Origin: Octopus sinensis
Lineage: Eukaryota
Direction of reading: 5' to 3'
DNA length: 64,000 bases
NCBI RefSeq assembly: GCF_006345805.1
Contig: NC_043021.1
Span: 15,128,001-15,192,000 of the forward strand
The first letter of the stretch is position 1. Every line of letters begins with the position of its first letter. The translations under genes and the position numbers were made by a program. Shown one piece after another: positions 26,093 through 40,317 of the stretch. The notes under the pieces were generated by a model. The model was not told the origin of the DNA. It did not search any database and worked only from the letters and a program-made list of their open reading frames with translations.

Positions 26093-26180
26093 ATATATAT
26101 ATATGTATGTATGTATAGGTATACTTATATCTATATACAGGCATATGTAAATATGTGCGTGGATGTGTGTGTGTGTGTGT

Positions 26181-26402
26181 TAAAAATGGGGAAGGCTGAT
26201 TTATGGGATTACCTTCGGTTTCCTGTCTACAAAGGGTTTAGCTTTATGGCATATCATCAGATCCCAAAACCTGTTGGCCCAAGGCCTCTTAAGAAGAACT
26301 TGGACCAACAGGTTTTGGGATCTGACAATACACCATAAAGCTAAACCATTTATTAGACAGAAAACCTAAGGTAATCCCATAAACTGGCCTTCCCCATTTT
26401 TA
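26181..26402. mobile_element. Palindromic MITE
   Basis: Arms taaaaatggggaaggc...cagatcccaaaacctgttgg / ccaacaggttttgggatctg...gccttccccattttta; half copy at 51857-51950. Confidence 0.82.
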
Positions 26403-26477
26403 ATATATACTGCTCTATATCTTTGAGTGTGCTTCTTCTTTCGGATTTATGTTTTTTACAGATATATATATATATAT

Positions 26478-26660
26478 GGTTAATCCAAACAAGGAAACAC
26501 AGAAAAAAACACAGCAATGCGAGGACGTGGAACAATTAAAGTATTATTTGACGCTCAGGAAAGAAGGGAAGGAGGGTTTAACGTTTCGAGCGGAGCTCTT
26601 CGTCGGAAACAAAGGAGAAGGAAAGATCCCGAGAAGGGAAGACAGAGGAAAAAAATTGTT
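26478..26660 (-). mobile_element. Penelope-type terminal repeat with a hammerhead-like motif (variant core)
   Basis: Minus strand 26610-26576: GTTT-CCGACGA-A-GAGC-TCC-GCTC-GAAA-CG-TT-AAAC. Confidence 0.6.
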
Positions 26661-26901
26661 TTGCTGGTGGTGCTCAAGAGATCACATGTTGAAAGAACAG
26701 AAGTTGAAAGGTAGACGAATCATGATTTTTAAAAACAAGAGAGTTTCAAAGACAAGGAATGTGTGTGGGTGTGTGTGTGTGTGCAAGGATGACAAGTGTG
26801 TTTGTGCATGTGTGTGTGTGTATGTATGTATGGTGAATAACAAGCATGGCAGGCCAGCTGTCATAAAGGAGTGGCACATACATACATACATACATACATA
26901 C

Positions 26902-26988
<87 letters not shown>

Positions 26989-27642
26989 ATGTTATATGTG
27001 AAAAATCATTTGTGGTTCTGTTTCTCCTCCTAGAATCTCCTCCAAGAGTGTTCAATCAATAAAATTGTGATTTTCAATAGGAGTTTATTGAAGTACTCCT
27101 CATTAAGATGAAAGAACTTCATAAAAAAAAAAATGTCAAGATTTGTGTTTGCATGAAAGATCTAAAAATACTGGGGTACTAAGAACTACGGTAAGTTGGA
27201 CCGAAATGGATCAATACCATGCTACTGCTCATTTACAAAATTTCACTGCTGCCACTGAGTAACGTTTCTGAAAGTGAAATGGTCTGACATTGAAAAATCA
27301 GTCAAGTATAAACCACAAGGGAGGTAAACTGGTACATATGGCTGAGTTGAATCAGCAGCGAAAATTTGAATTAGCAATGTTTGGGGAAAGAATACCTCAG
27401 TTAATGGAGTGTTGATGCTAAAAAAATGAAGAAATAGTTTCAAAAGAAATGGGTAGATTAAATTTCATGCCAAATGTTTCAGGTGTGGCTGTGTGGTTAA
27501 GAAATTTGCTTTGTAATTATTTTGTTTCTGGTTCAGTCTCAATGTGTGACACTTTGAACAAGTATCTTCTAGAGTACAGCACTGGGCTAACCAAAGCTTT
27601 GTGAGTGGATTTTCGCAGATGGGAAAATTAAGCAAAGCATGT

Positions 27643-27675
<33 letters not shown>

Positions 27676-28128
27676 ACCTATATATATAACCTATATAACG
27701 GTGTAAGGCGGTGAGCTGGCAGACACGTTAGCGCGCCGGGCAAAATGTTTAGCGGTATTTTATCTGTCGTTACGTTCTGAGTCCAAATTCTGCCGAGGTC
27801 AACTTTGCCTTTCATCATTTCAGGGTCGATAAATAAAGTACCAGTTTCGCACTGGGGGGGGGGGGCGATATAATCGACTCAATTCCTTTGTCTGTCCTTG
27901 TTTGTCCCCTCTATGTTTAGCCCCTTGTGGGCAGTAAAGAAATATATATATAACCTTGTATATGTATTGGTGCCATGTAAAAGCACTGTATACAGTGGTT
28001 GACATTTGGAAAGGCATCCAACTATAGAAACTATTGGAGCCTGGTGCTGCTCCCTGGCTTGCCAGCTCTGGTCAAATCATTCAACCCATGCCAGCATGGA
28101 AAATGGATGTTAAATGATAATGATGGTG

Positions 28129-28169
<41 letters not shown>

Positions 28170-28257
28170 GTTAATCCAAACATGAAAACACAACAACGCG
28201 AGGACATGGAACAAATATAGTATTATTGGACGCTCAGGAAGGAAGGGAAGAAGGATG

Positions 28258-28292
28258 GTTTAACGTTTCGAGTGGATCTCTTCGTCAGAAAC
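28258..28292 (-). ncRNA. Minimal type I hammerhead ribozyme motif within a Penelope-type repeat (28170-28345)
   Basis: GTTT-CTGACGA-A-GAG-ATCCA-CTC-GAAA-CG-T-T-AAAC: complete CUGANGA/GAAA/UH core, 4-bp stem I, 3-bp stem II, palindromic AACGTT in place of stem III. Confidence 0.65.
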
Positions 28293-28874
28293 ATAGGAGA
28301 AGGAAAGATCCAGGAAAAGGAAGACAGAGGAAAAAAAATCTCCAACATTACACACGCGGTCACATTATATATATTCATATATATAAACGCGTAACACACA
28401 CACACACATACACACAAACGCACAGACACACATGTGTGCATGTGTCTTTTGAATAATTTGTAGCACAAAAAACATAAGATGATAGTTGTTAGGAGTGGTT
28501 TGGTATTTTCTACACACCATACAGGTCAGGCACAAACACACACACTCACATGCACTTACACCCCCACATCTCTACACATCATAAAATTACAATTAAAAAT
28601 AGTAATTGCTCCAAGTGACTCCACTTATAAATAGTAAAACCATTCAAAATCAAATAGCTTAGATTTCAGTTATTTCCAGATTATTCATACATAGAAGTGC
28701 ATCTATTTTTTTCTTTCTTTTATTTACTTTTACCCTATATATATATATATACACACACACACACATATATATATTAAATACATATACACATGCATATATA
28801 TATATACATATATATATATACGTATATATATATATATACACATACATTCATATATATATATATATAGATATATA

Positions 28875-28916
<42 letters not shown>

Positions 28917-28996
28917 ATATATACATATATATATATATCTGTGTGTGTATTGCTCTCCTATCTATATATCTATCTATCTATATCTATCTATCTATC

Positions 28997-29039
<43 letters not shown>

Positions 29040-29650
29040 GTGTGTATCCTTTTATTCGTTTACTTGTTTCAGTCATGTGACTGCAGCCATGCTGGAGCAC
29101 TGCCTTTACTTGAACAAATTGACCCCAGGATTTATTCTTTGCAAGCTTAGTACTTATTCTATCGGTCTGTTTTGCCAAACTACTAAGTTATGGAGACGTA
29201 AACACACCAACATCTGTTTTCAATCAATGGTGGGGGCACAGACACAGACACATATATATGTTTATGTATAAATATATATGTGTAAGTATAAAGATATATA
29301 TATATACACACATATATAAATATATATGTGTATGTATAAATATATATATGACAGGCTTCTTTCAGTTTCCATGTACCAAATCCACTCACAAGGCTTTGGT
29401 CAGCCCAAGGCTATAGTAGAAGACACTTGCCCAAGATGCCACACAGTGAGACTGAACCTGGAACCATGTGGTTGGGAAGCAATCTTCTTACTACAGACAG
29501 AGAGGGAGAGTGGTGTGTAGTTAAGAAATTTGCTCCCCAACGACTTGATTTCAGGTTCAGTCCCACCGCATAGCACCTTGGGTAAGTGTCTTTGACTATT
29601 GCAATGGGCTGACCAAATCCTTGTGAGTGGATTTGGTAGACAGAACCAGA

Positions 29651-29992
29651 AATAATCTGTTGAAAGAGAAAAAGTTGATAAATATGAAGACCTGAGAATT
29701 GAGATCGCTAAGATGTGGCAGCTACAAGAGTCGATCATAAAGGTTATCCCTATTGTCATCGGAGCATTGGGTTCAATACCACCCAATCTGCAAAAAAACA
29801 TCTGAAAACCTTAGAGATACCCTACAATCTAGATGTATTGCAAAAGTCGGCATTACTTGGAACTGCACGCATATTGCGTAAAGTACTGTCTGTCTGAAGT
29901 CCTTGTTGCGACTTGACAAACAGTACAAACCCCCGGTAGACACAAGATCTTCAATCAACAACCTCATGATATTGTATACTGTGCAACATCTA
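29651..29992 (+). mobile_element. R4/Dong non-LTR element, 3' fragment 1
   Basis: EREKVDKYEDLRIEIAKMW...VIPIVIGALG...LQKSALLGTARILRKVL, followed by (TAA)n. Confidence 0.82.
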
Positions 29993-30299
29993 TAATAATA
30001 ATAATAATGATAATAATAATAATAATAATAATATTAATTGCAATAATAATAACCATGGTTTCAAATTTTGCCCCAAGGGTAGCAATTTTTGTGGGGAGGG
30101 GATGAGTTGATTACATCGACCCCAGTGTTCAACTGGTACTTAATTTATTGGCCGTGAAAGGATGAAAAACAAAGTTGACCTCGGCGGAATTTGAACTCAG
30201 AATGTAGCGAAAGGTTAAATACTGCTAAGCATTTTGTCTAGTGAGTGAACGATTCTGCCAGCTTGCTGCCGTAATGATAATAATAATAATAATAATAAT

Positions 30300-30682
30300 A
30301 TAAAGATCTGGAAATAGAAATCAGCAAAATGTGGAACCTGAAGACTAAAACAATACCTGTTGACATAGGTGCCCTGGGAATGATAGCAAAAGGGGCTGAT
30401 TGCTACCTAACCAGGAAACCCCAAAATGGCAGAAATTCAAAAGATAGTGCTCATGGGAACTGCTCATATCCTATGCAAAATACTTTCTTTGTAATCTCAA
30501 GTTTTAAAACAAACATAATTTTCGTATGGTTTTGTAGGCATTCACTAGTACAACACTAAGTACAAAACCAAATATATGGCACCCTAGGCATAACACCAAC
30601 ATGAACTTCCAACTTGTTGTCTCTTGAGGTCTCTGGGTGAGACTTGGAGCCAGCTTGTGCAAATGTAAAGCAAAAGTCAAAC

Positions 30683-30685
<3 letters not shown>
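30300..30685 (+). mobile_element. R4/Dong non-LTR element, 3' fragment 2
   Basis: KDLEIEISKMWNLKTKTIPVDIGALGMI, with (TAA)n on both sides. Confidence 0.82.
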
Positions 30686-30760
<75 letters not shown>

Positions 30761-31341
30761 CTAATAATAAAAAATGAAAAAAATGATGATGCTAAGATTC
30801 TCTCTGGTCGAACACAACTTCTCTATTCACAAACAATACAGAACAGCCCTTCCTTAATTTTTCTTAAGCCTAATAGTAGTAAACATCTGAACTTTTTTTG
30901 ACCAATAGGACCCCACCCAAAAAAAAAAATAAAAAAAAAAAATAAAAAAAAGATATCACTGATGGTGATGGTGATGATGGTGATGATGATAATAATGATA
31001 GTAGTAGTGCTGATAATCTATCTATCTATCTACACACACACACTCAAAGAGTTCAACCAACACAAAACCTCACCTCGGCTCTATTGTTAACCAAATATGA
31101 AAGTATTATTTGACAGGCAAGAACTCTGGCGTTGAAGACAGTCAGCCAGCCAACGAGACAGACAGACACTACTGTGATGGTGATGATGATAAAAAATAAC
31201 AATAATAAGATACTGCTGTGATTACACATAAAACAATATCATTGATGATGATGATGGTGATGGTGATGATGATAATGATGATGGTAATGGTGGTGATAAT
31301 GATGATAGTGATAATAATGGTGATGATAATAACAATAATAA

Positions 31342-34300
31342 GCCGACTACAGCTGCTATAATGGTACGATTATAATTGTAACGGCAATGATGGCCGTCTC
31401 CCCACGAGCCAATCAAAGCTAAAAAATGATAACATTATCGTAGCACCAAAATGTTTTTGGAAACTAAAAGGAAAACTAAATCAGTATACCAAATCGCTTG
31501 TCCTATGGTTAATCTGGAAGCGTGTCCCCCAGGGAAGAGCCAGCCTGGGATCGAAAAGTCATCAACTGGCACAAACTCTTCTCCGAATACGGACATGGAT
31601 GGTCACTTGAACGGGAAATCCCCCAACTCGAGCCCTCCAAGTTCACCACCACAACCACCACAGAAAGAAAAATGTAAGCGGAACAAATGGACCCGAGAAG
31701 AGTATAAAGAAGTAATATACGCTTATTACGATGCATTAGGTAGGCCATCTCAGAGAGACACACTGCAAACTCTTACAGTATATGGAGAACACGGAATCAA
31801 GACAGTAGGCCCTATTGGACGAGAACAAATTAGCAAATGTGAGGAGGGATATCCTTAGAAATAACAGACTCACAGACAGTGAAATAAGCGTGATCAAGCA
31901 CCAACGGAAAATGACATAAATATAGACACAAAGGAAATGAAGAATCAGATGACAGTATAGCCGCCACGAGGCTTAATTGAAAGACTGCCATCTGACCAAA
32001 GTACGCAAGGCCTGAAGATACAAGAATTCTATTGTACCTGTTAAAGATAGCCAGGAAAACGAAAAAACAACAGTAACTGAAGATCTCGCATTTGCTGAAG
32101 AACACAGAGAGTCTATGGCAGAAATGAGGCAGAAAATCCTGAATACGCTTGAAGTTGTAAGACATACAAGTATGAATGATAGAGAACCACTTCATAAACT
32201 CTCAAATACAAACCAAAATAAAAAACAAATCCAAATTGGCAACTATGTAACAATGAAATAATACGAGAATTAAAACCTGATTTTACTGATTTAAATGAAT
32301 TATTTACGCTTCTGCTAGGGCAATTGAAACCAGCTGTATGCCCCCGAAAAAACAAAGAAAACAAAACCTGGGAAGAAATCAAACCTGGAGAAGTAAAATT
32401 GAAAAAGAGATTGAATTTATGAGAGGGGAAATATCAATATTAAATGAACTAATATGTGGAAATGATGTAAGATCCAGAACAGGAAGAAAGATGAAGAGAA
32501 AATTGGATCCTCACCAAGAGAAGAACTGATATCAATAAAAGAAACGCTGAAACGAAAAGTCCAAGCAAAAGCCAAAGAATACGAAGATTTGAGAAGAGAA
32601 ACAAGTTTTACAAGCAAAATAAGCTGTTCACATCCAATGCCAAAAAATTCTACAGAGAATAGGGAAGGAGAAAGTAACCGTTAAAGACCCCCCTCCCATG
32701 GAAGAAGTTCAAAACTTTTGGAAAAGGATTTGGAGTGACAAGAAGACGTACAACATAAATGCAGACTGGATTATACAAACTGAAGGATCCTACCAAAATT
32801 TACAACAACAAGCATGGGAAGACATCACAATAGCAGACCTAAGAAAGGCACTCACGAAGGCCCATAATTGGAAATGCCCCGGTAAAGATAGGGTGCCGAA
32901 TTTCTGGCTCGCATCGCTCCCATGCGCACACGGTAAGCAGTAGTTCAGCTGCTCAATGGAATTATGAGAGACCCAAAGAAAACACCTGAATGGTTAGCAA
33001 GTGGCATTACTTACCTACTCCAAAGAATAACGAAACCAACCTTCCAAAAAACTATCGGCCTATAACCTGTCTATCCACCACGTATAAAATCCTAACATCT
33101 ATCCTGGCGAGAAAACATATGCATTCATGGAGAAGAACGATATTTTCCCCTTGAACAAAAAGGGTGCCGCCGAGGCTCTTACGGATGCAAAGATCAACTG
33201 CTAATCAATCGTATGATCCTTGAGAACTGTCACAACAAGCGCAGAAATCTCAGCACCGCATGGATTGACTATAAAAAGGCCTTCGACAGTGTACCGCATC
33301 CATGGATCTTGAGATCGCTGGACATCTTCAAAATTTCCCCTGTGATTTCAAACTTCCTGAAGCACAATATGTCGTTGTGGAATACGAATCTCCAATTATA
33401 CCACTCTAATGGAGTACTTGCCTCAGAAAATATAAACATCAACTGTGGAATTTTTCAAGGTGACTCACTTTCACCTTTATTTAATATTCTGCATAGCCCT
33501 AATACCCCTTACAAGTGAATTAAACAGAACAGGGTATGGGTATAAAATTGCCAATAAAAAAATAAGCCATCTATTTTATATGGATGACTTAAAACTTTAT
33601 GGTAAAGACAATAATGAACTTGAAGGCCTATTGTGCCGTGAAAGCATTCAGCGATGACATCGGGATGGAGTTTGGACTTGAGAAGTGTGCCAAGGCCACT
33701 TTCCAGAAAGGGAAAGTGAAGACCACAAATTCAGTCGTGTTAGATGTTGACACAGTCATAAGAGAGCTTGAGCAAGAACAAACATACAAATATTTAGGGA
33801 TAAATGAAGGCTGGTATTCAGCATGCAAGCATGAAAGAGAAGATCAGGAAGGAATGTTATAGGAGAGTTCGTGCAGTCCTGAAATCTGAACTAAATGCAC
33901 GTAACAAGGTGTTAGCTATAAATTCCTTAGCAGTTCCAGTTGTTACTTATAGCTACAATGTGTTGAACTGGAATATGAGTGAAGTAAAGAATATAGGTAG
34001 GAAAATACGCAAGCTGCTGAGTTGTAATAGGATGCATCACCCAAAGGCAGACGTAGATCGCCTTTACCTTCCCAGAGCCCAAGGAGATCGAGGCCTGATC
34101 CAATTTGAACTAGCTTACAAAACAACCACAATTGGACTGGCCAAATATTTCGAAATATCGAATGACTGGATGCTAAAGCTCGTGGAAAATCATGAGAGAC
34201 GAAAGAAGCTTCATTCTATTATAAAGGAAAGCAAAAAATTTGCTATTGATCTCGTGCAGGATACCCAAACTGAACAACCCGAGGGAAGTACGGCAACTAT

Positions 34301-35280
34301 TGTTGCAAAGAAGGTGAAAATGATGGCAACGGAAAAAGCGCACGAGCAATTGGCTGATAGGTGGGAGGAGAAACCTCTGCACGGCAAATATGTGACCCGC
34401 AGCAAACAAGCTGATGTTGACCACAAGCAAACCATCAGTGGCTACGGAGCTCAGGGCTAAAAGCAGAGAGCAAAGGTTTCATCCTGGCTGCTCAAGATCA
34501 AAGCCTATTAACCCGGAACTACCAGGCCAATGTGATGAAAAATGGAGCAGACCCAAAATGCCGATTCTGCAACGACATGATTGAAACAGTGGACCACCTA
34601 ATCTCTGGATGTAAAGTTTAGCACCAGTGGAGTATAAATTAAGACATGACAGAGTTGGCCAATATCTACACTGGCTAATAAGTCGGCATTACGATATCAA
34701 AACCCTGAGGCTGTAACTGAAGGAGAAAATGTAACCATTCTGTGGGACTTTCCAGTACATACAGACCGAACCATCAGGCCAATAAACCAGATATTGTTGT
34801 GTGAAAGACCAAAACAATAAAGTTGCTTATTGATCGACATGAGCATCCCCTGTGATCATAATATCTCAGCGAAAGAGTTTGACAAGCTCAGAAAATATAA
34901 AGACCTACTCATTGAAATTGAGAAAATGTTGCATCTCAAGGCGGTTACAATACCAGTGATCGTAGGAGCACTAGGAATGATCAAGAAGGGAACCGAAAAT
35001 TATATGAGAATGATCCCTGGCTTACCATCCCTGCAAGAAGTGCAAAAGATTGTCTTAACTGGTACATCACACGTATTGAGAAGAGCATTGTCGATGTGAG
35101 AACTGTTGCTGCTCATGTATTTTAATTTAACTTAAAAAAAAAAAAGAAAAAAAAAAATGAACGAACTATTGAGTTTGGTTTAATGGCCTACCAGTGTATA
35201 CTATGAGTTTCTTTGCCCTAGGAGTCGGGAAGACACTCGGCAAGAAATGGAAGCAAATTTGAAAGAAGAAAAAAAAGAAG
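31342..35280 (+). mobile_element. Near full-length R4/Dong-clade non-LTR retrotransposon (RT, CCHC, restriction-like endonuclease), frameshifted
   Basis: KWTREEY N-terminus; NWKCPGKD, NYRPITCL, WIDYKKAFDSVPH, GIFQGDSLSPL, HLFYMDDLKLY, YKYLGI; CRFC...ETVDHLISGC; RHD; KPDIV; IDMSIP.D; K..KYKDL; IPVIVGALG. Begins after aataataa and ends at (TAA)n. Confidence 0.95.
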
Positions 35281-35308
35281 TAATAATAATAATAATAATA
35301 ATAATAAT

Positions 35309-35348
<40 letters not shown>

Positions 35349-35371
35349 GAAATAATAATAATAATAATAAT

Positions 35372-35830
35372 AAAGAAAGTTGAGATGTATCTGAACCTAG
35401 CCAAGGAGATGAAGAGATTGTACAAGACAAATATGACAATTGTTCCTATAGTAATTGGTGCCTTTAATATAACACCTGAACTGCTCCCTGAGAGGTTGAA
35501 GTCTATTGGAAGTGAGACATGCATTGCTGACCAGCAGAAAAGGGCCATCCTGTATTCTGCAAGAATCTGAAGAAAGATTCTAGATATTTGAGGAGACTTG
35601 TTGCTGCCAAATTTGAGATAACATTCCTGCTAATAAAATTAGCATGTAATTACTTTTTAATAGTAACAACAAAAATATTATTATTATTATTATTGTTATT
35701 ATTATTATTATTATTATTAATGATGATGATGATGATGATAATTATAATAAATAATAATAATATTGTTTTAACTGGTACATCACGTATATTGAGAAGAGTA
35801 TTGTCACTGTGAGAAGGATTATCTTCCTCA
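35372..35830 (+). mobile_element. Two further R4/Dong 3' fragments (35372-35650 and 35761-35830)
   Basis: KKVEMYLNLAKEMKRLY..IVPIVIGAF..QKRAILYSARI and IVLTGTSRILRRVLSL*; each is preceded by (TAA)n. Confidence 0.75.
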
Positions 35831-35924
35831 TAAATATTATTTTTTTGCATAACTTTATTTGATTTTGTAACGGAACAATCTGATGTATTTATTTTAATGG
35901 CCTGTCAATGTATACAGAGAGGTT

Positions 35925-35983
<59 letters not shown>

Positions 35984-35997
35984 CTGTGTGTGTTTGT

Positions 35998-36305
35998 GTG
36001 GAGGTGTAGTGGCCCAGTGGTTAGGGCAGTGAACTCGCGGTGGTAGGATCGCGGTTTCGATTCCCAGACCGGGCGTTGTGAGTGTTTATTGAGCGAAAAC
36101 ACCTAAAGCTCCATGGGGCTCCGGCGGGTGGTGGTGGCGAACCCTGCTGTACTCTTTTAACACAACTTTCTCTCACTCTTTCTTCTCTTGGCCTGCTCGC
36201 TTACCCAGCGGGGTGGCGTCATTTGAAGGCTAAAACAATGCAAAGCGCATTGTGACCAGTGATGTGAAGCAACATCTGATAGCCTGGTCGGTCACGGTGA
36301 TCATG
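35998..36305 (+). mobile_element. tRNA-derived SINE family D
   Basis: A box gtggcccagtgg, B box ggtttcgattccc; its 3' part recurs at ~3610-3722 and ~6380-6430. Confidence 0.8.
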
Positions 36306-36578
36306 GTATATATATATATATATATAGTGGGGTTGGGGTTGTTTGTCTCTAGTGCACTGTGAAAACATGTCCAAACCAATGGGAAATATTACCTTACCTG
36401 GGAAACAGGTGACACCTGGTGACAGGAAGGACATCTGGCTGTAGAAAATCTGTTTCAATAAATTCTGTCCGAGCCATGCCAGCATGGAAAAGCAGATGTT
36501 AAAATGATGATGATGATGATGATTACTTTATCCAATATATTCATCCATTTTTCATATGGGGATTTGGCTTCTCATCAG

Positions 36579-36702
36579 AGCAGCAGCAGCAGCCGTCCAA
36601 GAATTTGGACCTAGAGATCTCCATTTCCAGCGACTTCAAGGGCCACCTCCCAGTGGTGTCGGGCGTCAACGAAGAGCCCTTGACTACAACAAGATGACCA
36701 AA
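36579..36702 (+). CDS. Candidate host-gene coding exon, product not recognised
   Basis: GC-rich non-repetitive island after ttggcttctcatcag. One frame reads QQQQPSKNLDLEISISSDFKGHLPVVSGVNEEPLTTTR* (TGA 36695-36697, mostly G/C-ending codons) followed by UTR-like unique sequence; another frame stays open to a possible GTTAGT donor at 36703. Confidence 0.4.
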
Positions 36703-37069
36703 GTTAGTTTTTTGTTTTCCAAGGTCTGGGGTCTCCCACCCCTAAGCCCTAGACCATCACCTAATCACCCTTACCCGTCTTGTTGCTTGATAACAACAAC
36801 AACAACAACAACAGCAGCAGCTGCAAGGGTGAGGGGGAATTCTCCTTGAGAAAGCTCCTTGGCCTACATGACATTGATGTCTGATTTTAAACCAGAAGGC
36901 ATTTAGTCCTTATGCTTTGCCTAGTCTTAACCAACTGACCGCACTGAAACTTACAACAAAGTGACCCAAATGTAGCATGAAAGCTATTTACTATGTGTTT
37001 ATGTGTTTTGTTTATCCTTCAAACTCACCAAATATGCAGAATATATGTTCTTTATTTGCTCTGTCCTTT

Positions 37070-37101
<32 letters not shown>

Positions 37102-37454
37102 TTTCTCTTGTTCTTATCTCAAATGTAAAATTTATATTTCCTCTCTTGGCAAAGCTACAACAGATTGGCTGGTCTGTTAAAAATGTCCCTCGAGGGAACG
37201 GTGATGTGGTGAAAGGTTGTTGGAAGTGCTGGTTGTAGTGATGGTAATGTTACCGATGGGCAAATGATCAAAATAGCTGTTCTCTACATTAGGTTGTTCT
37301 TATATAAGCATGAGGTGTGAGATTTTCTTTCTGTATTAAGTGAAAAGGTGCACAAAGAGTTGTGATGTTCATACATTTTCTAATAACAGTAACCTTTTTG
37401 ATACCAATCCATCCGAGGCCATCACTGGTTTCATCATACAAATTCCAGTTTCAT

Positions 37455-38600
<1,146 letters not shown>

Positions 38601-39219
38601 TATATATATATATATAAATATAAATAATCAATATCAGACTTATTTTCTTAAACCAAAGTTTAATAAATTTCATCAAATAAAATAAACGAATCAGATTGGA
38701 TGTAAAAGTGGATTAAGTTTTCATTTCATATTTCAGTTGTTTTCATAAATAGAACATCACAAAGGTTGAATTTGTCCTCGGTGAGATTTAAGTAAAATAA
38801 AAAATAAACAAAAAGACATTTAAAATATGCATAGGATTTTTTCAGGTATTTGTATATTCAATCTTCCACTCAGCATTATTTGAATCTTGACAGAAAACAT
38901 TGAAGGAATTGGCTGATTACATATTTAATCATTTGAAATTTTTGACTTCCCCATTATTAAAGCAAATATATAAAGGGCAAATACCCTGAAACTAGTCTGC
39001 AGATGCCTGACCAGCAAGGGGAAGTGGCTGACCTCCCCTGTTCGAAGGTTATAATGGACACAGGTTCGTGTGTCACATAGCTAGCTAAAGGCGATGGCCT
39101 CTTGGAGCTAATCAACGGCAGCTTTTGTCCTATATTTATGGACTGTCATATTAGCTTGACGATAACTATTAATATCCAGTACTGCTGCCATAGTCTCCTT
39201 TAGAAAGACTTAGAAATAA

Positions 39220-39565
39220 CTAGCATTATGACCCGTCATTGCTGGGTCATAGTGCTAGTGCATGTATGTATGTGTATATATATGTGTACATATTACATGT
39301 ACATGTATATACATCTACTCATAAAATACAAAATACAAAGTTATATCTTGATATCGCTAGTGATAACAATACTCAAAATATATAACAGACTGGAACTGTA
39401 GGCCCTTCTCTTGCAATTTCGATCATTTTTTTTGCCCATGAAACTACATGGACCCTAAGTAAGGCATGTGTAAAATTCGAATGAAATTGGTTGTGTAGTT
39501 CTCAAGTTTTAGCGAAACACACAGACAGACAGACAGACACACATTCTCAGTTTTATATATATAGA
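39220..39565 (-). mobile_element. Non-autonomous Helitron (Lep1/DINE-like)
   Basis: Minus strand begins TCTATATATATAAAA, has (CTGT)n near the 5' end, and ends with hairpin GCACTATGACCC...GGGTCATAATGC followed by CTAG. Confidence 0.8.
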
Positions 39566-40157
39566 AGATAATATTTCTATTTAAGCAAATATATATCTAT
39601 TTAAAAAAACTCGTCCATACACATCACATAACCATTTGTCTTTCTTGCATACTACATCTGATTCCTCTTGTGCCTAACTTTTCTCACAAAATGCTTACAC
39701 TCTGTTGAACATGCACACTGACATTGCATGTAAATGGACACTCATAGATGGGCTACAGAGCAGATTCCATCATCAGGTTGATCTAACATAGTATATTATT
39801 GCTCAAACTGGTATTAAAGATATTTGCCATCTGTACCTGAAGCCACATAGCTTCTAAGATAACTTCTTAACTACATAGACATGCCTTTAACTGTAGATAA
39901 AAAGACATAAGTATATTCTGTTAAGGACACACAGGTAGGTAAACACAAAGTTTCTGTTGCCAGCCCTATGGTGATATAATGTGTGTGTAACAGGTGTAAA
40001 GAATCTGATTGTTTGGAAGTAAAAAAAAATTATTGCAACCGTGGGAAAAGAAAAAAAATCATTGCTGGTCAAATTTTAGGTTCACACACAACAAATACAC
40101 AGGCACACACAAATGTATGTACAGGGACATGTATACACAAGTATCTATCTATCTATC

Positions 40158-40206
<49 letters not shown>

Positions 40207-40218
40207 GTCTATCTGTCC

Positions 40219-40262
<44 letters not shown>

Positions 40263-40271
40263 GTCTATCTG

Positions 40272-40317
<46 letters not shown>

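Noticed and set aside
27081-27190. Exon-like segment with ttttcaatag acceptor and CG|GTAAGT donor
   Set aside because: All three frames contain stops; it could only be non-coding and has no other support.
31074-31170. Minus-strand GAG|GTGAGG donor after unique sequence
   Set aside because: No acceptor, ORF or promoter evidence.
35998-36075. tRNA gene (also 43745-43815 and SINE B heads)
   Set aside because: A and B boxes are present, but there is no proper acceptor stem and each continues into a SINE body.
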